Positions 26,903-40,471 of a stretch of DNA of 64,000 bases are shown in pieces. Every line of letters starts with the position of its first letter. Within the stretch, counting starts at the first letter, position 1. The position numbers and the translations under genes were made by a program. The notes under the pieces are model-generated. The model did no database searches. It had not been told where the DNA came from and was given only the letters and a program-made list of their open reading frames with translations. The DNA comes from Chrysomallon squamiferum (lineage: Eukaryota > Animalia > Mollusca), in assembly GCA_012295275.1 (NCBI GenBank), contig CM022671.1, positions 9,610,001 through 9,674,000 of the forward strand, written 5' to 3'.

Positions 26903-28490
26903 CAGTGGTTCCCAACCATTTTAGTACCATGCCCCACTTTTTTATCACAAATTTCTTCATGTCCCCCACCCGTTAATTGTTTAGTATGATATAACAATAT
27001 CAGTTTTGAAGAAGTATAACATAAAAAATTGTATCTTTCAAATAAAACTAAAGGGTTTAACTTCAAAATTAATCAAATAAAATCCATTATATAATGTGTA
27101 TATATAATTAAATAAATTCAATTACAATCAATTAATGAGACCCTTGAGCCTGATGTCTACTGCAAAGAGATTTTATCCAAGGCAGAATTGTTTTTAATTT
27201 CAATCTCCGTTCGCCTCGTTTAGTGATATCCAGTTGGTTTCTTTTCTTCAGTAATAAGTCATTCACAGCACTAAATCCACATTCCACTAAGTATGATGAT
27301 GGGAATGGTAACAGTAGTTTTCTTGCCAAACTACTTCTATTTGGATATTTAGCTTGTGTTTCTTCACAGAGCCACATCAATGTTCCTTTTATTTTGAACA
27401 GGGCTTTAATTGAGTCATCATTTTGTAATTCTGAAAGTTCTCCTTGATACTCCATGGTTACATCTGACAGATCTACTAGCAATGGCTGAGTCATCCAAGA
27501 TGGATAATTAATTTCTTTCAAATCAGAAAATCTGAAGTTGAAATCGCTTACCATTATTTTTAAGTGCTCCACAATAACAAGACAAGTAGCATCTGTTACC
27601 TCACATTTCAAATTTGTTGACAGAAATATTTTCTTGCAATAATTCCAGAAATGATATAAAGCCAAATATCTTGGCCTTTGAATTAACAAGAGTCATATTT
27701 GTTCCTTGGAGCTCCTTATTTAAGACATTGAGTTTTTCAAATATATCTGCTAAATAACTGACAAGTGCTTTACCATCAACTGTCAGTAACAGAGTCATAT
27801 AAGGTTTGTCATCCAAGAACTCACTAAGAATATCAAATAATTCCATGAATATTTTCAAGCAATTCCCCTTTGATAACCACCTTACATCAGTATGAAGTAA
27901 TAATCTTACATAGTCTGCATTTTGATCCTTGCAAAATTGTTTGAAAAGACGCTCACATTTGGCATTAGCTTTTATAGTGTTGATGCATTTTATAACTGCA
28001 TTCAATGTCTCGTTTAGAACAGGGGAAACTTTTTTTGGAAACTAAATTCTGTCTATGAATAACACAATGCACTAACATCATTTGGGGATTGCTGTCTTTC
28101 AATAATTTTAAAACTCCATTTTTCTTGCCCACCGTCTGCAGCACAAGATATAATGTTCTCCATTGGTATCTGCTTATCATCTAAATATGTTTTTAATTTC
28201 TTATATATATCAATTGCAACAGTGGTGGTTTCTAATGCTTCACAAAATAGCACATCCTCAATAAATTCTCCATTATCAACATATCTTACATAGGCCATTA
28301 ACAGAGCTTCATTATTTCTTACAGTTGATTCGTCCGAGTGTATTGAAAAATTTGTATATTATAATTTTTCAACAAGTTGTACTTCTACATCACAACTCAT
28401 TTCATCAATCCTGCTACTAACAGTATTATTACTGAGTGGCATGCTTTTGAGATCTTGGTCATCTTTTTCAAGAACTACTTTCAGAAAAGT
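26903..28490 (-). mobile_element. 5'-truncated Buster-type hAT transposon with frameshifted transposase (27132-28490)
   Basis: One TIR cagtggttcccaacc at 26903 preceded by gtctaaac; motifs PLSNNTV, DESTV, HCVIHRQNL, LLHTDVRWLSKG, FPSSYLVECGFS, QAQGSH. Confidence 0.9.
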
Positions 28491-28746
28491 TTACCCTATA
28501 AATTTAGAATTTTTACCCATATAGGGTAAAATAAAAAAAAATCTTGATATTACTATATTTTTCATATTGTCTAAACATTCAACAAAGCAGAATTTCAATA
28601 TCACATGTTTGTATGCTTGCATATGTGACTCCTTTTATCTTACTTCAAAAGTTAATGATCAATACAAGTTTTCTTTAACTTATAATTTGAAATATGAATA
28701 TTTTTGTGTTTTTCAAAATGAATATATATTTCAGATGAGTTCTGAG

Positions 28747-28795
<49 letters not shown>

Positions 28796-28849
28796 TTGTT
28801 ATCAATACTTATCATAGTCTATTTAGACCCCCTAGACATAATAACAAGA

Positions 28850-30490
28850 ATAAATATTGGTATTGTGACACCAAGACATTCTGGTAAACATAAATAATCA
28901 TGTTAAGACAATCCCCTTTTATTATGTTGATAATAACACTAAACAACACATTCACAAGAAAAAGTAAAATGGTTTAAAGTACTATAGAATCAAATGTAGT
29001 TAAAAAAAAGTCTTAAAAGTTCTATTCTGCATTATGTCACTTTTACCTTAGGCAATGGTTTCAATTTGTTTACATTAATTTCAGAGAAGTAACATGCTGC
29101 TGTTTGTTCAATTCTGTGTCTCCTACCCAGTATACAAAATTCATTCTGTTGTTTTGATTCATCTTAAAATGGTATCTCATCTGCATTACAGTTATTTTCA
29201 ATGATTAGCAGAATTAGGAGCAGACAGACCACCAATCACAGACTGTTCAGTTTCTTCCAACTGCATTTACCATCCAAACCAAAGTTATAATAGTGAATTC
29301 AGCACACTGTGTCAATCACAGAAGGAGCATTTTTTTGTTGAATAACTGCAGCTAAACAGAATCCTGTTGCCAAATCAATGTAAGAAATGCACACCTCACT
29401 TCCATTCTTTTAGATCCAGAGCCACATCATTAAATTCTGATGCAAATGGAAGATACATGATATGTCTGTGTGAAGTTCTTTTGAATATTTTATATACATC
29501 GCAAGTTTCAGTTACTCTTATGACAATCACTAATAACATTGCAAGTCTTTGATTCTAAAGATGAGCAAACTGTTTATGAAGTTGTAAAATGTTTTTTCTT
29601 TTTTTCTTATCAGCAATAGTGTAGAAAAGTTGTTTTGGATCATCAAGACGAACAGAGTATGGCTACAAATCAATCTGCTTTCCAAGAATTTTACTCTGTA
29701 ATGCTCTAAACCTGTAACTACTTTGCAGTTTTCACTGCTGGTTTTCCCAAAAGTAATTGCATGTCACTTTCAACCACATCTGTTGCTATGATACATTTTA
29801 CAACCACTATTTCACAATGAATTGTTACTTATTTCTTTGATTTAAGGCATTTACCTGCACCAGATTAGAAAATAGTGTCACTAACACTTCACTAACTTGT
29901 TCAAGTTTCTGTGTAAAGTATCCAAGTAACATTTCATCCAGGTTTCACTGGCAACCGTTGAACTATATGCACCGTCAGCAACAGCTGAATTTTTTTTTTT
30001 TAAATTAACCTCGAAATGCTCCACAACCACGCTGATTTTTTCGCTTTTGTATATAAGACACTTCATTTTCCTCCACTACATAAATTAATGCCAACTCTTG
30101 GAATCGTCATTAACATTTATTATTTACGTCAACAAATATGTCACATCGCTGTAGTCGGCACCAGTAAGTACAAAGTTGTCGATCTTCGTGACACAAATCA
30201 GCCCAGTCTGGTAACTTAAACACTAACATATACAGCTGCAAGTTCGTCTTTTTTATATTTTCGTTATCAAAGACACGATGCTACTGTCTTTCATCAACGA
30301 TGAGTTCACTAAACACTTCATCAGGATGGACCTTTCACTTTCCTACAATGATAACGCTATCACTTTTTCTTTTTCCAAATCTATTATATTCTGCTGACGC
30401 TTTAATTTCATCCATCCATCTGCTGTACGTTATGTAACTTTCGGTCGGCGTTTCGTTTAAAAAGAAATTAACAGCAGCGCTCTGTACCAA
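28850..30490 (-). mobile_element. Heavily decayed, internally deleted Ty1/Copia LTR retrotransposon (GalEa-like)
   Basis: PBS-like tggtacagagc (30479-30489; GalEa consensus TGGTAGCAGAGC); gag YSRWMDEIKA...IALSL...VFSEL...KKDEL; protease AVADGAYSSTVASETWMKCYLDTL; LHKQFAH; integrase EFNDVALDLKEW...IDLATGF directly after protease (Copia order); PPT aaaagggga at 28912-28920. Confidence 0.75.
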
Positions 30491-32299
30491 GTTCAAAATC
30501 CATCGCCAAGCCTACACTTACAATACAACACATTACTCCAAAAACCATGAATAACACGCACCCGTTCCAAAAGAGTTCCATACACAAATCCAACAGCAAA
30601 CGTAATTGGCTGAATTATAAAACAATGACCTATGATTTGATTTGTAATAAATATATCCATCCAATCAACACTATTATAAGTTCTGCTTCGGGTCGAAAAT
30701 AGAGGTAAATACCAGTTTTAGTAATTGATGGTTAATGCTGTTACCGAAGCACCAATACCGATTTTCTAAATTTTAACGAGTTATGTTGAGAGATATGTTA
30801 GTTACTCGGGTGTTGCTAGAGTGTCTTCAGATGCGAGTTCGATGCTCGTCTGTTTAATGTTCCACGTTTAACTGTTTGATAGCTGACATGTGTACCATCC
30901 TTAGATGATCCTGAGTCATGTTGGCGACTAGTGATAAGATCATAAGGGATTCACCGGATTGGCTCCTACTTCTTAGCTGTCGCCCAAGACACTAGATGTT
31001 TTGTGTTTTTTAAAGTCAAACTTCTCGAGTATCCTGGAATACATCAGAACTTCTCAAAAGTTGTAAAACATGTGCATTTTGGATAATAAACGTAAGTGTT
31101 ACAACTTCCTTGTTTCCTTTTTATAAAATTCAAAGCCACATTTCTTCTTTTATTTTTTTTTATTTTTTTTTTTTTATTGCATGTACATTTCTTATATACC
31201 TTTTGTACCCATATTAAGTTCTATAAAGGTTCATTTCATGATTTTTTCTGAAGACAGGTAGGAAAAGGAGGATAAAGAATAATGTTGTCAGATGAGTGTC
31301 AAATAATAAATAAAATGACTATGTTTAAGAGAAAACACTGTCCATAAAAGCCCTGTAAGTACCTTTTCCTATGCACAAACTAACTAAAACTGGTGAAACC
31401 TGGTATTGAGAATATCTGTGGGTAATTTACCAGTATTGATATTATCAGTAATTTGCAAACCCTAGTTCTGCTGCAGTCCAACTCAGTTACTGATTAACCA
31501 TCCCATTGTGGAATGCACACCAATTTGAAAATGGTCCAAGATATTCTGGTACACTTTTATTATGTTAACAATTATTGTTGGAGATTGGGTACATCTAATT
31601 AACTGTTTATATCTTTTTATATTTAAAAAAAAAAATTTAAAAAAAAAAAAAAAAAATGCCATTTGGATTAACTTTATCTTAATATTTATAGTTAATTTTA
31701 TTATGTATTAATAAATATTGTATAAAAATTTATACTACTTAATTCAGTGTTTATATTTACATTATATTTCTTATAAGACTTTGTCATTTATTAAAATAGA
31801 AATATATTTTAAATTCAAAATGTTGAAGTATATTTACTTTTATTTTCTCACAAATTTAAAAATATTTAAAAATAATTAAAAAATAAAAGAGAACAATCTC
31901 AGGTCTTGTAATCTTCTCTGGTGTAATTTCTGCAGCTTAAAAAGCACATTAATTTATATTTCTCCGTGTTACTCTGCATGTCTTTATAGAAAAATACTAC
32001 CACCTCCTCTAAGTATCTCTGTTGCACAGTTTACATAATAAAATATAATAACAAACACTACATATTCTTAATAAAATATAAACATTATTTTTTTGCTCTG
32101 CTGCTTGTCGTGTTATCTCAAGTTATTAGTAAAAATGTTTGTGACATTGTTTTAAAGCAAAAATATTTAATACCACTTGCAGAAGTTATTTATATATCTG
32201 ATAAATACAAGATGCTTTCTGTGTGGTTTTCTGTTACATACGCCACATATTACAGAAATTATAAAGGGTGTTATGATTAATGTTTTGTATGTAACATAC

Positions 32300-32470
32300 T
32301 AGAGATTATGAAAAACAAGGTGTTACTATTGGAAAAGATGGGATCCCGTGGGGCTAAAATGAAATTTTGTTATCTATCACAGTTTAGTTATACTGAAAAT
32401 TACAGACAGAGGCAAATCTTCTAGAGTCACAACTGCTTTTGTAATGACTAGCATTATGGCCATAAGGGTT
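32300..32470 (+). pseudogene. Second LamG/ConA-like paralog fragment, opposite orientation
   Basis: DYEKQGVTIGKDGI followed by a core (tatactgaaaattacagacagaggcaaatcttctagagtcacaac) homologous to 17.0 kb and 39.1 kb. Confidence 0.35.
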
Positions 32471-34387
32471 TCTTTTCTTTTCTTTCTGTTGTTTTTATTT
32501 TATTTTATTTTTACTTAAAAGTAAGTTTATTAAATACGCATTTAATTTTTACAAAGACAGTAATAATCATTTTAGAAACCCAACTTATTACATATTTTTT
32601 TTATTAAAAAAGTGAAGAGTAAACTTAAAAAGTAAGTTTATACTAAATATTTCACTAGAGCAAACAAATGAAAATTTACTTTTCAATGTTCAGTACCAAA
32701 ATAGTGACATTTTTAATCATCCAAAGTATTGTAAATTTACTAAATGTTGTGTTCTCATTAAATAATTTTTTTTTAGAAAGTGAGTTTCCTAAATATGAAA
32801 TCAGAAAATTATCGATCTTTAAAGTAAGTGTTATGATACATATTAATTTTTATCATTTTTTTCTTTTCGATTGTTTTCCTTTCTTTCTTTATTATTTTTT
32901 GTTGCTGAAAATATTTTCAGATTACCGTTTAAAGGTTGTTTTTTTTTTGCTTTTTGTTTTTTTTGTCAACAGTAAAACATATTTCCTGTATGAGCAATAT
33001 TGTTATTATTATTGTTGTTATTATTACTCTTGTTGTTATTATAAAACAGAGAGCAGAGGTTATGACGACACCTATCAAAATTAACCTATATTCTTAATAT
33101 TTCGTTAAATCACAACACTTTCTGGTAAAATGAAATGTAAAATACGCCACAGAATCTCATTGTTATTTGTGTAAAACTGCGGTTATAAAATAAAATATCA
33201 CCTTAAACTGATTTAGTATTTCTGAACATATACTGGTATTCTGATATCTAACTACGAATGTGTCTAATAGATATCACATTAACAACAAGCCTTCTCACTT
33301 TTTACAGTTAATCCAGAAGACGAAGATAAACGACTTACTTTGTCACTTGTTCATGTATAATCGCTTATACTGGAAGAATAGAAAGACGTGTAAAACCCAG
33401 CTATATTTCTCAGAGATTGTCAATACCATCATTTGTAAGTATCATTTGTCAGTGTCATCTTACCTTCAGCTTGGGCATTCTTTTATTCTCTATGGGTATT
33501 GTAATAAAATTTAATATGCAAAATAGCTCCTTGTTTTTATTTTACTTTTATTATTATTCGGTTAAATTCATTAATCATCACTACATTTCTTAATTAAGAT
33601 ATGACGTAAATATCCATGAAAATTAATTTAAGTGTAACTAATAGAATTCAGTCTCAATTTCATTCTGTATCACATATTCCTTAACAAAAAAACATTGATC
33701 TGGTAACTCATCTGTATTCTTTTTTCAATTAAAATTATACATAAGTAATTACAGCTCTGCTACAATAATTTCTTACCATAAAATTTTCTGTGTATATTTC
33801 CTTTTATTTTCTATTGGGATAACATCAGTAAATATAAAAAATTAACGATATACTTTACTGGGCTTATGTCTACGGCTAACTTGAGTTTCCTGCGAAAATA
33901 GTGCAATATAAACATTAAGAATAACTGGTATATTAATATTTCTGTCATAAAATAAACTAATATGTAGACAGATAGATAGATAGACAGAGAGATAAATAAA
34001 TAGATAATTTGATAGATAAATAGATAAACAGATATATAGATAGTCAAACAGACAATAAGAGAGAGAGAGAGAGATAGAGATTATAAAGAGATAAGCAGAG
34101 TGATAGTAGACACATACTTTTTTTTCCAGATTACGTTTTAAGTTTATTCATTTCATTCTTTTCTTTTCTTTTTTCTTTTTCTTTCTTTCTTCTCCTTTTT
34201 GAAGTTTTTCTCTTTATTTATTTATTTTTTTTTTTCAGCAGTAAGACAGACTGACTGACTGATGGGTGCATGGATTCATACACATATATATACCTAAAGA
34301 GATAGGAAGGGAGACAGATACATACACTGATATATAGATGGAGGGAGGGAGGGATGAATAAATTGATAAACAGATGGTTAGGGGTAG

Positions 34388-34776
34388 GGGTCATTCCATG
34401 TCAAATCACCCCCCCCCCAAAAAAATAATAATTTAAATCTGACTGTCTCAGATTTTTACAAAACTTGGTGTACTTGTTGACTGGGATCCCACAGCACCAA
34501 ACTGAACAATAATGGCAGATTTGGAATCCTTGTCATATTGCCTTTTCAACGATAACAATTTTATGAAGATTGGCCCAGTTGTTCCTGAGAAAGGAGGTGG
34601 TGGTCACACCAATTTTTGCCAAAAATCTCAAAATTCGGGGGGCCATATCTCCCACCCCACTGGTCCAATTGGCCTAAAATTTCAGATTTGGTGCTGTGGG
34701 ATCCCAGTCAACAAGTATACCAAGTGTCTGAGACAGCTGGGTTTAACCCATTGGATGATTTGACATGGAATGACCC
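34388..34776. mobile_element. Palindromic MITE / non-autonomous DNA transposon
   Basis: Perfect 21-bp TIR gggtcattccatgtcaaatca; internal inverted arms (acttggtgtacttgttgactgggatcccacagcaccaaa and its reverse complement); flanks gtag / atag (possible 4-bp TSD). Confidence 0.9.
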
Positions 34777-34875
34777 ATAGATACATAGACAGAAAGTACA
34801 AAAGATAGACAGATAGATTAGATGCTTGGACAGGTGAATAATTTTGTACATGGATAGAGATAGACAGACAGAGGT

Positions 34876-36313
34876 CTACAGAGATATTATTCTTACTAAG
34901 AAAGTAAGAACCTGTGAAAAAAAAAAAAAAAAAAATATAGGATTAATTTAAATCTCAATTTGCCATCACACACACATACACACACACACACACACACGGA
35001 CACTGTTGTAAATAAATTAAAATAGTTAATTTTACTGTGTACTTAATTCAGATGATAAATGAAAGAGATAAAGCAATGTCCCATGTGATGATACAATTCA
35101 GTTATTACTATTCAACCTGACTGCACTGTATGTCACATAAAAACACCTTTCATTAACAAAGTATATTAATTACTTGTAATCTGTAACATCATTTTAATTT
35201 TGTTTTTGCTGAACAACCCATTTTAACAGTATGACATATTTGTCAGTCAATTTATAATGTACCATTAATTCTTTTCTAATTGTTTGATTCAAGCCATCAT
35301 TCATGAACCAATAAAATGCTTATTTTAATTAATCTTTCTGTTTCTTGTTATAAAAGAACTTATTTTGTAGGTATTAATATTTTACATTTCATAATGTTTA
35401 TCATTAAATAAGATATCATTGTAGGTTTATTCGAAAGCTATGAATGTGCAACATTAACTTACATTATCCAATTCTCCTTTACAGCCATCCGTTTCATCAG
35501 TTCCAATATCCAGACCATAGTGAATTAATCCTGTACTGGGAGATGAAAAATTTGTTTTATTTTTAATGTGATACTTTAATATTATCTAAGTATATAAATA
35601 TATATATATAAAGCTGCAAAGAATAGTTCAATTAATTTTATATTAAAATATTGTGAGCGGAATGAAACATTAATTTGCATAGCAACCACATACACACACA
35701 GACACAAAAACACACACACACACACACAGAGAGACACAAATACACACACAGACACACACATACACAAATACACACACACACAGACACATACACACGTACA
35801 TAGATACACACAGACAAAGACACACACACACATATCCAGACACAAATACACACACACACAGACACAAAAACATGCGCACACAAACACAGACACAAATACA
35901 CACGCACACACATAGACACACAGACACACACACATACATAGATACACAGACATAGACACACACACACACACATACATAGATACACACACACACATAGACA
36001 CACACACACAGACACACACAGACACACAGACACACACAGACACTTCCGTGCAGTTATCTTGATTCATTTTCTTATGAATTTCATTTTGAATTTTTTTTTT
36101 TTATCGGATATATCTTTATTTAAACAAGAATTAAAAATACAGAGATTATGAAGTAACATTTTACATCCTACAAACACAAACATACACACATACACATAAA
36201 CAACAATACATATTTTACCATGTTCTCTTTCTGTATATTTTCTGCTTCCAGCCTGTGAGATATTTTCCATCAAACACAAACTCTACTTTCTTCCAGCTTG
36301 TGACAGGGAAGTC
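34876..36313 (-). CDS. Last three exons of a laminin-G/ConA-like domain gene (Pif/BMSP-like), intact or pseudogenic
   Basis: Exons 36219-36313 ([21 protein letters not shown]...), 35463-35535 ([24 protein letters not shown]) and 34876-34911 ([11 protein letters not shown]) have canonical AG/GT and join in frame. Pattern W..V.F.(Y/F)DG..L ... L.IG.....G.LDNV is the LamG3 C-terminus. Confidence 0.55.
35685..36042. repeat. Degenerate (CA)n tract, intronic
   Basis: Directly visible; source of the CV-rich ORFs. Confidence 0.9.
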
Positions 36314-39049
36314 CTGTAAGAAAATAATGTTTAGATACCGAATTTTAATTTAAAAAAACAAAAAAAATAAAAATCTTACTAAGAAGAATAAATAAACCCA
36401 ACTGAAAGAAATTAGGTATAAATAAATAGAAATGGAATTAATAATAATAATAATAATAAAATTAACTGGTTAAAATACAATGTTTAAAGCTTTTTAAACT
36501 ACAGAAAAATAAATGAATTAAAATATATAAAAAGTAATAATAGTGATTCAGTTTAAGTTAAAAAATGATATATAAACAGAAAAAGACTTTTTGACTTATA
36601 AAAAAATAGTACTAAATAAAATAAGAAAGTTAAAAAAGGGTTAACTTAGTAAATATATGATTTAAAAAAAATGTTATAAAACAAAAATAAATAAAAAATA
36701 ATGAAGTAGTCTTAGTAGATGATAAATTAATAGAAAAATCTTAAGAAAGAAATAAAAAAGAATAAATAAATAAATCTTTCTACTCGTGTGTATGTGTGTA
36801 TATATTTATAATGTCTTACCGGCTATGATAACCTTTATCATAAGTCTGTAACATACATGCACAGATAATAAAAATACTTTTATTTAAATTCTAAATCTCT
36901 AATTATACTGTATGTAGCTATTGACTCCCATTGAGATAATGAGAGAGGAAACTAAACTATTATTATTATTATTATTATTACTATTGTTATTATTACTTCT
37001 TTTTATTATCAGAAAGATGGTTTCATATGCACCTTCTCATGGTTAGTGAACGTTTGACTGTGGATGAGATAGAATATAATTCAGTGTATGTAATGTTAGT
37101 ATAGGTCTTAACAGTTATCATATATGATGTCTGCATATGCATACACACACACAAACACAAAATATTACCTTATGAAGGAACCCCCCACACTTAGTATAAA
37201 TAAATAGAGAGAGAGAGAGAGAGAAATTCATACATAGATCAATAGACAGGTAGGGTCTGATAAACTGAGACGGAGCTTTATTTATCAATAGTCAGAGAGA
37301 AAGATACACAGAAAAGAGAGAGAGTTAATAATAAACTATCATGGACAATATTTTAAAACTGTATGGTTAAGATGTAAGAATATAACTTAATAAGAAATAT
37401 TTTTTATGACTTATTTTAATTAAATTTCCTCAAAGAAATAAAAGACAGATTTGTTATCATTGCAGTAAAATTACAAAGACAGTTCTATCAACAAATGGTT
37501 TTTCTTTATTTGTTTAAGGATAATTAACTTTTTCTGCCTCTCTAGAAATTAGTGTCAGAATGGGTACACTCATAATAATAGTAAAAAGAAATATAAATAA
37601 AAATAAGAATAACTGAAAATGTGAAAGAAAAATATTTTAATTTATTCATGAGAAGCAAACCAGTTTCTACTATTCTTGTAACTGAATTGTGAGATACAGG
37701 AATTGTATATTATACAATAAAACGTATAAAAAGGAAAAAAATCACTTACGAGAACAGTGTAGGAAACCCTATCAAAAAAACAAAGAAGAAAAAAAGAGGA
37801 AAATAACCAACACATGTATTCTTGACCATTGTAAAGCAATGAAAAGTTGACACTGTTGAAGAAAATTGAAATGGACATTTAAGCAAATGAACAAATACAA
37901 AATGGATAAATGGCTGAACTGCTAAATATTAATTTTTCTGACTTGTAAAACTCAAATATTTTAAATATTTCATTAAAATGTATGAAAAGAGGTCCTACAG
38001 GCATATTTTACTCATGTTGCTGAAAGCTTCACTGAATATCAAGCAACATGGATTGGTCTTGTAGATTCTAGGAAATAAATTGACTTTTTTTCCAGCCACC
38101 GTCTTGTAGAGTATTGAAGACAATGAATAACAGCAAAGCAAGAAAACAGGATAAGCACAAGCTTAGGATGATACTGAAAGTAGGAGAAATCATGATTATG
38201 AGGATGGTATATAAAGAGACTGAGAAAGAAAACTTCATGAAGACTAACTGCCAGGAGAAGATATAAAACTTAGAGAGAACATTCTGTAAAGAGGCAGCAT
38301 TATAAAGATGATTGTTGTATCATGCATTTTGTTTGACATTCATCATTCCAGGTTAGATATGGTGTCAGGACACCAACCAGGAACCAGTACCCAAACTAAC
38401 CTGTGGACTGAAAAAAGTACTGTTAAAAAAAAAAATAATTAAAGAATGTGTATAATTGTGTTATCTGAATTTTAACAAAATTGAGGAGGTCTAGCATATG
38501 AAATTTTGCTATGATTGCTATGAATGCCAATCTTTAATTTTCTATGAAGTATTGCATATAGGGAAAATATTGATCACAAAATCTGTATGAACAATTTCCC
38601 ATTCCCTTGTTTATTATCATATTACCTTTTTCACTAAATATGTTTCCACAGGGCTACTAAACACAAGAAAGTACCAAAAAAATTCTAAAAAAATTCACCT
38701 AGGAAAGCCATTACATCAAGTAAGAAATCTTACTGTAAGCAAGAAAATATAAAATAAAACAAAATAAAAAATGTGTTAATGACAGTAATATATAAATGTG
38801 TATATCACTGGTTTCAGTATGATCATATAGAAAAGAAATGTCTACAATGTCACTTTACAGACATGTTCCCAAATGTAAATATTGTTCTTATAATAATTAT
38901 CTAAAATTTCAGTGTCCTCTTTAACGATTTTCAGGGATAAAGAAGAACCTACATCTTTAGTTATCAGTGGAAGGAAAACAATTTAATGAAAGATAACATA
39001 GGAATGATCTACATTAATTAACAATTTTGACAAACAAGATTTTTCTGGC

Positions 39050-39171
39050 ACTCATTTCATCAAAGAGAAAATGACACTCAACTTGTCAGTATAACCATTG
39101 TGACTCTAGAAGCCTTTTGTCCACCTGCAGTCTTAATACAGTGTAAATTATCCACAGATACTCATATTTTC
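39050..39171 (-). pseudogene. Upstream degenerate exon of the LamG-like gene
   Basis: ttattacag| acceptor; contains the shared core ttctagagtcacaatggttatactgacaag; stops in all frames. Confidence 0.35.
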
Positions 39172-39410
39172 CTGTAATAAATAATCAATAAATTGTGGAA
39201 AAGAAATAATAATAACACACACAATTCCTTTGTTGTTATTAAAGTTAAAAAAAATATGTTTATCACTTAACCTGTTCTATAATTCTCGATTTACATTGAT
39301 TCTACATTCTCTCATATTAACTGCACTCCTTATAAACATCATTATCTTTTTTTCAAAAATAAAGATGAAATATTTACTCTATTTACATGGCATTACTTGA
39401 TTTTAATAAC

Positions 39411-39640
39411 CTTTTCTGCAATATCACCTTTTCTTTTTCTCATTATTATATACACCTGCAATATCACCTTTTCTTTTTCTAATTGTTATATACACCTGCA
39501 ATACCACCTTTTCTTTTTCTAATTGTTATATACACCTGCAATATCATCTTTTCTTTGTTTAATTGTTACATACACCTGCAATATCATCTTTTCTTTTTCT
39601 GATTGTTATATACACCTGCAATATCACCTTTTCTTTATTC
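39411..39640. repeat. 40-bp minisatellite (about 5.5 copies)
   Basis: Unit cacctgcaatatcaccttttctttttctaattgttatata. Confidence 0.92.
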
Positions 39641-40471
39641 AATACAATATGTGGGGTAAGTAACAGAAAACAACATTGCACCTTTTATTAAACTAAATTT
39701 TAATAACCTTTAAATTTTCTTTTGATATATTTTATTAAAAACAGCATTAACTTGATATTTTAGTAAGATAAATAATTTTCAGCAGATAACATGAACCTTT
39801 CTGACTTTTCCTATTACTAATGGAAAAATATATCAATTAATTTTCTGAAAGTAAAAATTTCTACTATAAAATAAGAATATGGTTACTAAGATATTCAGTT
39901 TTGCACCTGATAAAAAGAAATAGCGGAGAAGTCTGGGAAAAGGGAAACTTATTAATGTATTTTCACTCGGTCATTCTGTATTTTCTGTGGTATCGATAAT
40001 ATTTATCTATTATTATTATTATATTCAGAGGTGATCTAATGCAATGAAATATTAATTTTAGAGTAAACTACATAAATTCAAGACATTTTAAATTTGTTTT
40101 GATAATGACGTTTAAAAATATCAGTGTTAAATAGCAGTACTGTTATAAGATTAAGGTAATTTTCGCTCAGTGTCTCAATTTATTCGTGTAAACTGCTGGT
40201 AGTAAATTAAAACGTAAACTCTGTCGAGCAGTCTCTAATTATCTTCAGAAAACTACGCTCATAGAAACTAAATATGATATTTATGTCATTAATTCTCAAG
40301 TTATTAATATAAATTGCTGTTATTCCATTAAAGGAGCAGCTCAGTTTTAAAGTTATACTATTCTGTTTGTTACAAAATATTTTTAAAGTTTTGTGGAAGA
40401 CGTAACATTTATCCTAATAAAAATACCAATATTGTGTAATTTATATCATGTAATAGTGAATAACTAAAAAT

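Noticed and set aside
30560-31000. CpG-retaining stretch with CCAAT-like boxes as a promoter or the Copia 5' LTR
   Set aside because: No match to sequence next to the PPT and no linked exon identified; motifs too short to support a call
32668-33084. 138-aa hydrophobic ORF
   Set aside because: T-rich low-complexity sequence with a TTG start and no domain signal
35582-36067. CV-repeat ORFs in three frames
   Set aside because: Degenerate (CA)n tract
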